NCBI GenBank assembly: GCA_043754535.1
Contig: JAYUUN010000057.1
Span: forward strand, 1-42,175
Reading direction: 5' to 3'
Length of the DNA stretch: 42,175 nt
Source: Chloroflexota bacterium
GTDB lineage: Bacteria; Chloroflexota; Chloroflexia; QHBQ01
In this document: in pieces, positions 33,591-42,175 of the stretch
Position numbering within the stretch: position 1 is the stretch's first letter
Layout: each line of letters opens with the position of its first letter
Notes under the pieces: generated by a model
Seen by the model: only the letters and a program-made list of their open reading frames with translations
Told to the model about the DNA's origin: nothing
The model's database searches: none
Translations under genes and position numbers: made by a program

Positions 33591-35033
33591 ATGACCCTAA
33601 AGCTATTCAATACCCTGCGCAGGCAGAAACAAGAGTTCCAACCAATGGGCCAGACTGTGGGGATGTACTGCTGCGGCCCAACCGTCTACGCCTTCGCCCA
33701 CGTTGGCAACCTGCGAACCTATGTGTTCGAGGATGTGCTGCGCCGCGTACTAGAATACAACGGCTATGCTCTCAACCAGGTGATGAATATCACCGATGTC
33801 GGCCACCTGGTCAGCGACGAGGATGAGGGCGAGGACAAGATGATCCTGGCGATGAAGCGCGAGGGCAAGTCGGCTCTGGAGATTGCCGCGTTCTACACCG
33901 CTGCCTTCCTGCGCGACCTGAGCCGCCTAAACATTGAGCCGGTGGAGATCATCTGCAAGGCGACCGACCACATTCCAGAGATGCTCGCCCTGATCCAGCT
34001 TCTGGATCAGCGCGGCCATGCCTATTCTATTGACGATGGTGTGTACTTCGATGTAAAGACCTTCCCCAGCTATGGCGCACTGAGCGGCCTCGACCTTGAG
34101 GGCCAGGAGGCGGGAGCGCGGGTAGAGGTCAACCAGCAGAAGCACAATGCCAGCGACTTCGCCCTCTGGAAGCGGGCTGCGCCGAACCACCTGATGCAGT
34201 GGGATAGCCAGTTTGGGCGTGGCTTCCCCGGTTGGCACATCGAATGCTCAGCGATGAGCATGAAGTACCTGGGCAACCACTTCGACATCCACTGCGGCGG
34301 CGTGGATCACATCCCGATCCACCACGAGAACGAGATCGCCCAGAGCGAGGGGGCGACCGGGGAGAAGTTTGTCAACTACTGGCTGCACGGCGAGTTCTTG
34401 CAGATGGACGGCGGCAAGATGAGCAAGTCGCTTGGCAACCTTTACACCCTTGACGACCTGGCAGCACGGGGGGTGGAGCCGCTTAGCTACCGCTACTTCC
34501 TGCTCAATGCCCACTATCGCACAAAGCTGAACTACACCTGGGAGGCTTTGGAGGCCCAGCAGCGGGCCTATCGCCGCCTACGCGAGTTTGTTGGCGGTGC
34601 GCTAGCGGCAGGGCAGGACGGGGCAAGCCTGGGCGATACTGCCTGGCTCGAACCCTACCACAACAGCTTTGTAGAGGCGATCAACGACGACCTCAATATG
34701 CCCCGCGCCCTCGGCCTCTGCTGGGAGCTTATCGCTGAAGCGAAGCGGCTGGGCAGTGGAGCGTTGCTGGCTGCCCGCCAGCAGTTGCTCGACTTCGACC
34801 GCGTGCTGGGCCTGGGTTTGGGCGAGGTATTGGCTTTCCGCCCAGCGGCACACAGCAGCAGCGACACCAGCAGCCTCGACGATCAGGTGAACTTGCTGAT
34901 CGCAGAGCGCAAGGCTGCACGGGCGAACAAGGACTTCAAGCGCGGTGACGAGATTCGGGATGAACTAAAGGGGTTGGGTATCGAACTGATCGACAAGCCC
35001 GGCGGTATCACTGAGTGGCGCAAGGCTGATTGA
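33591..35033 (+). CDS. cysS: Cysteine--tRNA ligase
   Basis: YCCGPTVY..AHVGN (HIGH), NITDV, DFALWK, GFPGWHIECSAM, HHENE, KMSKS; TGTTGTATAAT upstream. Confidence 0.97.
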   Translation: MTLKLFNTLRRQKQEFQPMGQTVGMYCCGPTVYAFAHVGNLRTYVFEDVLRRVLEYNGYALNQVMNITDVGHLVSDEDEGEDKMILAMKREGKSALEIAAFYTAAFLRDLSRLNIEPVEIICKATDHIPEMLALIQLLDQRGHAYSIDDGVYFDVKTFPSYGALSGLDLEGQEAGARVEVNQQKHNASDFALWKRAAPNHLMQWDSQFGRGFPGWHIECSAMSMKYLGNHFDIHCGGVDHIPIHHENEIAQSEGATGEKFVNYWLHGEFLQMDGGKMSKSLGNLYTLDDLAARGVEPLSYRYFLLNAHYRTKLNYTWEALEAQQRAYRRLREFVGGALAAGQDGASLGDTAWLEPYHNSFVEAINDDLNMPRALGLCWELIAEAKRLGSGALLAARQQLLDFDRVLGLGLGEVLAFRPAAHSSSDTSSLDDQVNLLIAERKAARANKDFKRGDEIRDELKGLGIELIDKPGGITEWRKAD

Positions 35034-35098
35034 CGATGCACACCCCTGCTGCAAGTAGGGGTGTACTTCTTGCACCGCTGACCTGAGAGGAGCGGATC

Positions 35099-35908
35099 AT
35101 GTACATAATGGTGACGAACGATGACGGCTATGATAGTGAGGGGCTGTTGGTGTTGAAGCAGCAGTTGGAGCAGGTGGCTGAGGTGGTGGTGCTAGCCCCC
35201 GACCACAATTGGAGCGCAAGCGGCCACAGCCGCACCCTGCGCGACCCCTTGCGGGTGTGGGAGGCGCAGTTGCGCGATGGTTCGACCTGCTACATCAGCG
35301 ACGGCACACCCTCGGACTGCGTAGCCCTGGTGACGCTCGGCTTCTTGGGCCGTAAACCCAATCTGATCGTCAGCGGCATCAACCGGGGCAGCAACCTGGG
35401 TGACGACATCACCTACTCTGGCACGGTGGCGGCGGCGATGGAGGGAGCGATGCACGGCATACCCAGCATTGCGGTCTCCTGCGAGGGTCGCGGCAAGTGG
35501 CATTTTGAGACAGGCGCACTGTACGCTGCGAAGCTGGCCCAGCAGGTTGCCAAGCGCGGCCTACCAGATCACACCCTGCTCAACCTCAATACGCCCAACC
35601 TGCCGCCTGCCGAGATTAAGGGGCTGGAGATCACCCGCATGGGCCGCCGCTACTATAAGGACGAACTGATAGAGCGGATTGACCCCTTCGGCCAGAAGTA
35701 TTACTGGACGGCGGGCGAGCCACACGCGCTGGAGCCGGATGACGGCACCGACACCGGGGCAGTCGCTAACGGCAAGATCAGCATCACCCCCCTGCACCTC
35801 GACCTGACCAGCCACGCCATGCTGGCGGATTTGGCAGGCTGGGAGCTGGAGTTAGCTCGCCGAGCCACTTATTGCATCTCCTGCATTATGCAACAGCAAA
35901 CACAGTAA
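35099..35908 (+). CDS. surE: 5'/3'-nucleotidase SurE
   Basis: TNDDG, DGTPSDCV, SGINRGSNLG...YSGTVAAA, ISITPL. Confidence 0.95.
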   Translation: MYIMVTNDDGYDSEGLLVLKQQLEQVAEVVVLAPDHNWSASGHSRTLRDPLRVWEAQLRDGSTCYISDGTPSDCVALVTLGFLGRKPNLIVSGINRGSNLGDDITYSGTVAAAMEGAMHGIPSIAVSCEGRGKWHFETGALYAAKLAQQVAKRGLPDHTLLNLNTPNLPPAEIKGLEITRMGRRYYKDELIERIDPFGQKYYWTAGEPHALEPDDGTDTGAVANGKISITPLHLDLTSHAMLADLAGWELELARRATYCISCIMQQQTQ

Positions 35909-36035
35909 GGATGCAACAAGCGATCCTGCACAAGCTGCTATTACCCGTTTTCCCGGCTATCAACAGAACCTATTTTGTCCTCGTCAGGCAACGCGGTCAG
36001 TAGCCTGCTGATTTGGGCTGCCGCTAAGTAGCCGC

Positions 36036-36064
36036 TTGACAATCCAGCCGCCCGGTGCTACAAT
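36036..36064 (+). promoter_or_regulatory. Sigma70 promoter of comEA-comEC
   Basis: TTGACA-N17-TACAAT with extended TG. Confidence 0.7.
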
Positions 36065-36099
36065 CGCAGCGATCAACTTACTTCTAGAGAGGTGCGGCG

Positions 36100-36837
36100 G
36101 TGGCGAAGGCAGCAGCTAACGAGCAAGCGCAAGCGGTGGCGGCTGAAGCGGCGGCGGAGCAGGCAGCGGCGCAGGCGGCTCTGGCTGCCGAGTTGGAGGG
36201 CAGCAAGCCAACCTCAACCTGGCTGCCGCGGCTGGTGGCGATCAGTCTCGCGTGCCTGGCGATTGTTGCGGCCAGCGTCTTCTTCTACCAACAGGCCAAC
36301 GCCCCCGCCCAGGCCATTACTACTCTCCCCCTGCACGCAACTGCCACCCACGCTGGCAAGCAGGCCATCGTCGTCTACGTGACCGGCGCGGTTTCCGCCC
36401 CCGGTGTCTACCGCCTGTGGGATGATGCGCGCATCGGCGACCTGGTGGGCAAGGCGGGCGGTCTGTTGCCCGCTGCTGACCCTGTGGCGATCAACCTGGC
36501 CGCCCGGCTTGAGGATGGAGAGCAGGTGAACGTCCCCTTCAAGGCCACCGCTGCCCCGGCTGCCCCGCTGACCGTGATCGGTAAAGCGGCCAGCCAGCCG
36601 AGTGGAACGGCTGCTGCGGTAGCCGCTAAGTCGCCCACGCCCGGCAAGGTCAACCTCAACTCTGCCAGCGAAGCTGAACTGGATGCAGGTCTGCCAGGGG
36701 TCGGCCCGGTACTGGCAAAGAATATCGTGGCCTACCGCACGGCTAACGGTCACTTCCGCAGCGTAGACGATCTCCGCAAGGTGGACGGTATCCACAAATC
36801 ACTTTTCGACAAACTCAAGCTGCTGGTCACTGTCTAG
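36100..36837 (+). CDS. comEA: Competence DNA receptor ComEA (TM, SLBB, helix-hairpin-helix)
   Basis: VYVTGAVSAPGVY, INLAARLEDGEQ, KVNLNSAS..EL..LPGVGP.LA..I..YR..NG.F.SVDDL.KV.GI. Confidence 0.92.
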   Translation: MAKAAANEQAQAVAAEAAAEQAAAQAALAAELEGSKPTSTWLPRLVAISLACLAIVAASVFFYQQANAPAQAITTLPLHATATHAGKQAIVVYVTGAVSAPGVYRLWDDARIGDLVGKAGGLLPAADPVAINLAARLEDGEQVNVPFKATAAPAAPLTVIGKAASQPSGTAAAVAAKSPTPGKVNLNSASEAELDAGLPGVGPVLAKNIVAYRTANGHFRSVDDLRKVDGIHKSLFDKLKLLVTV

Positions 36838-36866
36838 GCCAAACAAACTGCTGAGAGGAGCCGCTC

Positions 36867-38408
36867 ATGGTGATGGTCTACGTGGCGGCTGGCTGGCTCC
36901 TCGGCATCTTCGTGGGCAGCGAACTTGCGCCCCTGCCTATCCTTGTGCTGCTCACCTGCGGGCTGGCGGCGGTGGCAATAATTGTTCTTGGTAGGCGGCT
37001 GCCTGCTGGTCTGGCCCGCCAGATCGGTTGGGCTACCCTCGCCCTCACCCTCGGCCTCTGGCGCGCCACTGCTGCCCAGCCGTCGCTTGGCGCGCATGAT
37101 CTCAGCTACTACAACACCTACCGGACGGTGCAGATCGTGCGTGGGGTGGTGGATCAGCCGCCAGAGGCCCGCGACCGCGACCTGCGCCTGCACCTCGCTG
37201 GGCGAGCGGTCTGGCGCGACAGCGAAAACCACTGGCAGCCAGTGGGTGGCTCCATGCTGGTCAGCCTGCCGCTCACCGACAGCAGCCACTACCGCTATGG
37301 CGACCTGCTCGAACTGCAAGGGCTGCTAACTGCCCCGCCCGCCTTTGGTGGTAGCTACAGCACTTACCTGAAGCGGCAGGGCATCCTCAGCTACAGCCAC
37401 AACCCGGATGTGTTGGCCGCTGGCAAGGAGAACGCGCCGCTAACCAGCTTCTATGGCTGGCTGTTTGGCCTGCGGGAGGCGGCAGGGCAGGCTGTCAACC
37501 GCCAGTTCCCCCAGCCCGACGGCGCGCTGCTCAACGGCATCTTGCTTGGCGACCGCACGGGGCTACCAGGCTGGTTGAGCGACGACTTTGCCAGCACTGG
37601 CACCGCCCAGATCGTGGCGATCTCCGGCCAGAATATGGTCTACGTCCTCGGCTTTATTCTCCTGCTAGCCGACTGGCGCAAGCGACCGCGCAGCCGCTAC
37701 GCCCTCTATGGCGTGGCCCTGGTTGCCGTCTACTCGGTATTCGTGGGAGCAAGTGCCAGCGTAGTGCGCTCGGCGATCATGGCGGGTGTGGTTGCGCTGG
37801 CGATTGCCCTCGGCGAGTCCTACAACGTGACCGCCGCTCTCGCCTTCGCTGCGATCCTGATGACCGCCTTCAACCCAGCCTACCTCTGGGATATTGGCTG
37901 GCAGCTAAGTTGCGTGGGGATCCTCGGCCTCGTCTACGTCGCTCCTTTGCTGAAGGCCGTCTTCGACCACATCCTGCGTGGTAGGCTGTCTCGCTTGCGC
38001 TGGCTAGGCGGCCTGCTCTCGGTCTCCATCGGCGCACAACTGGTGACAGAGCCGCTGATCTGGATGTACTTTGGTCAGGTCTCGCTCATCTCACCGCTCG
38101 CCAACATCATCGCCGAACCCCTGTTGCCGCTGATCATGGCTTTTGGGGCAATCAGTGTGCCGTTGCTGCTGCTTTGGCCGCCTCTGGCGATCCCCTTCGC
38201 TGCACTGGCCTGGGTCTTCCTGCGGGCGATGATCCAGATCGTCGAGTTCTGCGCCCTGCTACCCTTTGCTGCCCTGCAATTGCCCAACCTCTCCGTCTGG
38301 TGGGTGCTGGCCTACTACAGCGCATTGGCAGCGGTCGTAGTCTGGTGCAATGCCTTGCGGGTAGAGGCTAGAGCCGCGCAATTGACCGCCAGGCTGGCTG
38401 TCGGCTAA
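36867..38408 (+). CDS. comEC: Competence membrane channel ComEC (OB-fold plus Competence domain, no C-terminal beta-lactamase domain)
   Basis: GILLGDR, AISGQN, SVVRSAIM, NP...WDIGWQLS, SLISPLAN; directly follows comEA. Confidence 0.88.
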   Translation: MVMVYVAAGWLLGIFVGSELAPLPILVLLTCGLAAVAIIVLGRRLPAGLARQIGWATLALTLGLWRATAAQPSLGAHDLSYYNTYRTVQIVRGVVDQPPEARDRDLRLHLAGRAVWRDSENHWQPVGGSMLVSLPLTDSSHYRYGDLLELQGLLTAPPAFGGSYSTYLKRQGILSYSHNPDVLAAGKENAPLTSFYGWLFGLREAAGQAVNRQFPQPDGALLNGILLGDRTGLPGWLSDDFASTGTAQIVAISGQNMVYVLGFILLLADWRKRPRSRYALYGVALVAVYSVFVGASASVVRSAIMAGVVALAIALGESYNVTAALAFAAILMTAFNPAYLWDIGWQLSCVGILGLVYVAPLLKAVFDHILRGRLSRLRWLGGLLSVSIGAQLVTEPLIWMYFGQVSLISPLANIIAEPLLPLIMAFGAISVPLLLLWPPLAIPFAALAWVFLRAMIQIVEFCALLPFAALQLPNLSVWWVLAYYSALAAVVVWCNALRVEARAAQLTARLAVG

Positions 38409-38431
38409 GAGCCAATTGGTGGCTGCTCCTG

Positions 38432-39391
38432 CTATTCTACGCCCTGGGGCTGCGCTGCCGCCGCTCGCCCCTGCTCCATCCCCTTGCTGGACAGCACCAC
38501 CAGCCCCGCTAGCATCAGCCCTGCGCCGAGGCCAACGGTGAGGTTTAGCTGATCCTTGCTGAAGGCTGGAGCTGCTGTCAGGTAGAAGATAGCTGCTGAG
38601 AGCAGGGTAGCGGTCAGCGGTTCGGCGAGGGTGATGATGCTAGCTGTGGTTGCTGGGATGCTCCGCAGGGCGCGCACGTAGAGGAAGTAGGCGAGGAAGG
38701 TTGCCCCCAGGCCGAGGTAGAGCAGCAGCCCCCAGCCGCCTGCCCCCACGTCGCCCAGCCTCCCACCCAGCAGCATTACTGGCAGCATTAGTAGCGCAGC
38801 GAGGCCAAAGGAGAAGGCATTGAGTTGCGCCCCCGCATAGCGCGTGGTCAGCGACTTGGTGATCACCGAGTAGATCGCATAGCCGGTGCCAGAGAGCAGG
38901 GCGAATACCACCGCCACTGCAAAGTCCGCCGCGCTGCCGTGCTGCCCGTCACTGCCCTTGCCACCGACCAGCAGCACGGCTCCGGCCAGGGTGATCGCCA
39001 AAGCCAGCCAGCTACGCCCAGTCAGCCTTTCGCCCAGGAAGGCCGCCGCTACCGCCGCTACCACCAGCGGCGCACTGCAAATTGCCACCAACGCTGCCAG
39101 GCCCGCCCCGCCCAGAGCCACCGCCTGGAAGAAAAGAGTCTGGTAAGCCATCATGCAGCCACCACAAGCGAGCAACCGCAGCAGGTCGGCGCGAGATTGG
39201 ATGCGTGGGAACGGGCGACCAGTAGTTGCCAGACTGAGCAGCAGGAAGGCAGGCGCGGCAATCGTCAGTCGCAGCCAACCGACCGCTACCCCATTCGCTG
39301 CTGGGCCGATCAGGTTGCTGGTGATCCCAGTCGTCCCCCACAACGTCGCCGCCAGATAGTTCAGCAACAGCCCCGCCCGCATCTTGCTCAT
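38432..39391 (-). CDS. EamA/DMT family transporter
   Basis: About 10 TM segments; LWGTTG, RL.IAA, LAEPLTA; RBS AAGGAGG before ATG 39391. Confidence 0.88.
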   Translation of the reverse strand: MSKMRAGLLLNYLAATLWGTTGITSNLIGPAANGVAVGWLRLTIAAPAFLLLSLATTGRPFPRIQSRADLLRLLACGGCMMAYQTLFFQAVALGGAGLAALVAICSAPLVVAAVAAAFLGERLTGRSWLALAITLAGAVLLVGGKGSDGQHGSAADFAVAVVFALLSGTGYAIYSVITKSLTTRYAGAQLNAFSFGLAALLMLPVMLLGGRLGDVGAGGWGLLLYLGLGATFLAYFLYVRALRSIPATTASIITLAEPLTATLLSAAIFYLTAAPAFSKDQLNLTVGLGAGLMLAGLVVLSSKGMEQGRAAAAQPQGVE

Positions 39392-39485
39392 CGCCAGCCT
39401 CCTTACACCTGTAGCCCCATTATACCCTGCCACGCTAGCGGGGGAGCAGGGCCATGTACCACTCGCGACCTATCTTCCTGGCTCC

Positions 39486-39514
39486 TTGACAGGTGGCTCC
39501 ATCCAGTCTAGAAT
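39486..39514 (+). promoter_or_regulatory. Sigma70 promoter of the GH5 gene
   Basis: TTGACA-N17-TAGAAT. Confidence 0.7.
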
Positions 39515-39566
39515 ACGAATGGCTTATCCGTTTCATCCCTGCCATCATCCCTGCTCAGGAGATTGT

Positions 39567-41756
39567 ATGCTCAAGCTAACCCCCTGGTTTGTACTGCCCT
39601 TCTTCCTCATCACCGTGCTGGTCGCCTTCAGCCCTGCGCGCCTGCCCAGCCTGGCCCCCGCTTCCCCTCCCGCTCCGCGGAACACCCCCTGCGCGATCAC
39701 CTTCAGCGACGTGCCAGCCAGTAGCATCTTCGCCAGCTACATCTACGACCTCGCCTGTCGCGGCGTAGTCGGTGGCATTGGCGGCGGCCAGTTCGGGCCA
39801 AGCGGCCAGGCCAACCGCGCCCAGTTCGCCAAGATGGCTAGCCTCGGCTTTGCAGTGCCGTTGGTCGAGCCTGTCCTCGGCAACTTCAACGACCTGTTGC
39901 CCAGCAACGTCCTCTACCGCTACATCGAGAGTGCCGCTGCTGCCAGCGTGATCCGTGGCTACCAGCAGCCCGCGCAATGCCCCAGCACGGTTGAGCCACC
40001 CTGCTTCCAGCCCCATCGCACCATCAGCCGCGCTGAAGTTGCCGTGATCGCGATACGGGCTGGCGGCTTCAGCCTGGTCGCTGCCCCGGCCAGCCCAACC
40101 TTCAGCGACGTGCCTGCCACCTACTTCGCCTATCGCGAGATCGAAACCGCCGCTAGCCTGCACATCATCAGCGGGGCAAATGGTCGCTTCCGCCCTGCCG
40201 ACCCCATTCGCCGCGACGAGTTGTGCAAGGTACTCTCTCTTGCCATGCAAGCTGCTCCCCCCCGACCTACCCCCGGCGGCCCGCCAGCCGCCAGCCTCGG
40301 CATCTACGCCGACGCGCTAGCCGCGGGCTGGGACGACTACTCGTGGGATAGTACCCGCAACTTCGCCAGCAGCATCGCCCACAGTGGTAGCCACAGCCTC
40401 AGCATCAGCTACGACGCTGGCTACGCTGGCCTCTACCTCCACCACGCCCCGATCAGCATCGGCCCCTACACGACACTGCGCTTCTACATCCAGAGCGGCG
40501 CGGCAGACGGCCAAAGGATCAGCGTCCACCTGATGAATGCCGCCGCCGACCAGAGCGGCAGCAGCCGCGCTGTCACCGATTACATCTACCCCGGCCACCG
40601 CATCACCGCTGGGCAGTGGCAGGCGGTGGTCATCCCCCTGCGCGACCTGACCAACGAGGGACAGATTAGTGGCATCGTGCTGCAAAGTGAGTCCCAGGCG
40701 GCCATGCCAGTCCTCTACATTGACGACCTTAGCCTGGTCAGTGGCAACCTTAGCTACTACCCGACCGCCACTGCCACCCCTGGCCCCGCCCCGACCGCCA
40801 TCCCTACCAACCTCACCTACTATCGGGGGGTCAACCTTACCGGCGGCGAAATCAGTTGGGTGGGCTGGCCTGGCACTTTCGGCTTCAACTACACCTATCC
40901 CCGTGCCGCCGAGTTCGACTACTTTAAGAGTAAAGGGTTGAACCTGATCCGCCTGCCCTTTCGCTGGGAGCGGCTGCAACCAACCCTCAACGGCCCGCTC
41001 GACAGCGCAGCCCTGGCTCACCTCGACATCGCGGTTGGCTATGCCCGCACACGAGGGATGCAGGTGCTGCTCGACCCGCACAACTTCGCCCGCTACCGGC
41101 TGGGCAGCACCGACTACCTGATCGGCAGCCCACAGGTGCCAAACGCCGCCTACGCCGACTTCTGGCGCAAGCTGGCCCAGCACTACGCCAACGAACCAAA
41201 CCTCTACTTCGGCCTGATGAACGAGCCGCACGACACTGGGGGGCTGTGGCCCGCAGCAGCGCAGGCGGCGGTCTCTGCTATCCGCGAGGTAGACAGCAGC
41301 CACACCATCTTTGTTCCTGGCGAGTGCTGGACGGGGGCATGGACGTGGCAGGACTGCAATGGCAGCCTCTCGATCAACGACCCCCAGAACAAGATAGTCT
41401 ATGAAGCGCACCAATACTTCGACCGCAACGGCAGCGGCAACTACGCGGGCAACTATGATGCAGAGGGTGCCACCGCCGACACTGGCGTAGAGCGGGTGCA
41501 GCCCTTCATCGCCTGGTTGCAGGCCCACAACGCACAGGGCTTCCTCGGCGAATATGGCGTGCCGAACGACGACCCACGTTGGTTGGAGGTGACGGAGCGA
41601 ATGCTTACCCGCCTCGACCAGGTAGGCATCGGCGCAACCTACTGGGCGGCTGGCCCCTGGAACGGCAGTTCGCCAGTGGTGATCGAACCCTACCCCAATG
41701 GTGACGACAAGCCGCAGCTAGCCACCATCCGCCGCCACCTCGGTCGCCAGCAGTAG
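39567..41756 (+). CDS. SLH-anchored GH5 endoglucanase with a CBM-like middle domain
   Basis: N-terminal SLH x3; IYADAL..GW..YSW jelly-roll-like domain; GH5 motifs GVNL.GGE, IRLPFRWERLQ, DPHNFARY, acid/base MNEPH, HQYFD, nucleophile FLGEYG; RBS AGGAG. Confidence 0.9.
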   Translation: MLKLTPWFVLPFFLITVLVAFSPARLPSLAPASPPAPRNTPCAITFSDVPASSIFASYIYDLACRGVVGGIGGGQFGPSGQANRAQFAKMASLGFAVPLVEPVLGNFNDLLPSNVLYRYIESAAAASVIRGYQQPAQCPSTVEPPCFQPHRTISRAEVAVIAIRAGGFSLVAAPASPTFSDVPATYFAYREIETAASLHIISGANGRFRPADPIRRDELCKVLSLAMQAAPPRPTPGGPPAASLGIYADALAAGWDDYSWDSTRNFASSIAHSGSHSLSISYDAGYAGLYLHHAPISIGPYTTLRFYIQSGAADGQRISVHLMNAAADQSGSSRAVTDYIYPGHRITAGQWQAVVIPLRDLTNEGQISGIVLQSESQAAMPVLYIDDLSLVSGNLSYYPTATATPGPAPTAIPTNLTYYRGVNLTGGEISWVGWPGTFGFNYTYPRAAEFDYFKSKGLNLIRLPFRWERLQPTLNGPLDSAALAHLDIAVGYARTRGMQVLLDPHNFARYRLGSTDYLIGSPQVPNAAYADFWRKLAQHYANEPNLYFGLMNEPHDTGGLWPAAAQAAVSAIREVDSSHTIFVPGECWTGAWTWQDCNGSLSINDPQNKIVYEAHQYFDRNGSGNYAGNYDAEGATADTGVERVQPFIAWLQAHNAQGFLGEYGVPNDDPRWLEVTERMLTRLDQVGIGATYWAAGPWNGSSPVVIEPYPNGDDKPQLATIRRHLGRQQ

Positions 41757-41769
41757 CAGCGGGGGGCGG

Positions 41770-42175
41770 GTGCGTGCCGCCGTCACCGCCCGCCTGGGCA
41801 AATGCGGCTGGCTGCCTCTAGTGGTCGGCTATGCTGTCGCTCTGCTGCTCTGCCCACCAGGGCGCGACTTCGCCATCCTGGACGATTGGATTTATCTGCG
41901 CTCGGTTGCCGACCTGTTCGCTGGCGGTGGCCTGCACCCAGCCGACTACGCGCAGGTGACGCTGGTTACCCACACGCTGTGGGGAGCGACTTGGGCTGCT
42001 GTGTGCGGTTACAGCTTTACCGCCCTTACCTACGCCAACCTCGCCGCCGCTCTGGTCGCCAGCCTCGCCTGCTATGCCCTCCTGCGCCAGCTAGCCGTCA
42101 GCCCCAGGCGCAGCCTGCTGGGGGCGGCCCTGCTTTCGCTCAACCCCCTGTTCGTGCTGCACGCCTACAGCTACA
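41770..42175 (+). CDS. 3'-truncated GT-C membrane glycosyltransferase (ArnT/PMT-like), absent from the ORF track
   Basis: Frame from GTG 41770 reads MRAAVT...YAVALLLCPPGRDFAILDDWIY...LLGAALLSLNPLF; DDW luminal motif after TM1; open to the window end. Confidence 0.7.
   Translation, partial: MRAAVTARLGKCGWLPLVVGYAVALLLCPPGRDFAILDDWIYLRSVADLFAGGGLHPADYAQVTLVTHTLWGATWAAVCGYSFTALTYANLAAALVASLACYALLRQLAVSPRRSLLGAALLSLNPLFVLHAYSY

Noticed and set aside
35860..35908. SurE C-terminal CxxC tail as a metal site
   Set aside because: A short tail beyond the usual SurE end that overlaps an inverted repeat; more likely stop-codon drift.
1..42175. tRNA, rRNA, tmRNA or SRP RNA genes
   Set aside because: No cloverleaf, rRNA or SRP signature recognised in the intergenic regions.

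Overview
GC-rich bacterial DNA, most likely Chloroflexota (inferred from the Cys-containing SLH modules, Pro/Thr linkers, an LPXTG sorting signal and many lipoproteins, all consistent with a monoderm envelope). About 33 protein genes. They include three SLH surface proteins (CBM6-type, an uncharacterised PPDT/RWGDYS domain, and a GH5 endoglucanase), a membrane-anchored molybdopterin oxidoreductase, an orphan class II diterpene cyclase, a glucose-type ABC importer without ATPase, a P450, esterases, an ABC-F, an LPXTG protein, HNH, alpha-carbonic anhydrase, an aminotransferase, ftcD, cysS, surE, comEA and comEC. The most striking element is at about 11.3-16.4 kb and looks like a complete plasmid/chromid-type replicon embedded among housekeeping genes. 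It has two ParB-family genes, a parA whose promoter is bracketed by two TGTTAGA-N3-TCTAACA palindromes, and a divergent unit made of an orphan Phd/YefM-like gene, a predicted ~95-nt counter-transcribed RNA with its own promoter and terminator, and a wHTH Rep-like initiator with a DnaA-domain-I-like tail and internal iteron-like repeats beside an A-rich tract. All calls come from reading motifs by eye; no database searches or folding programs were run.
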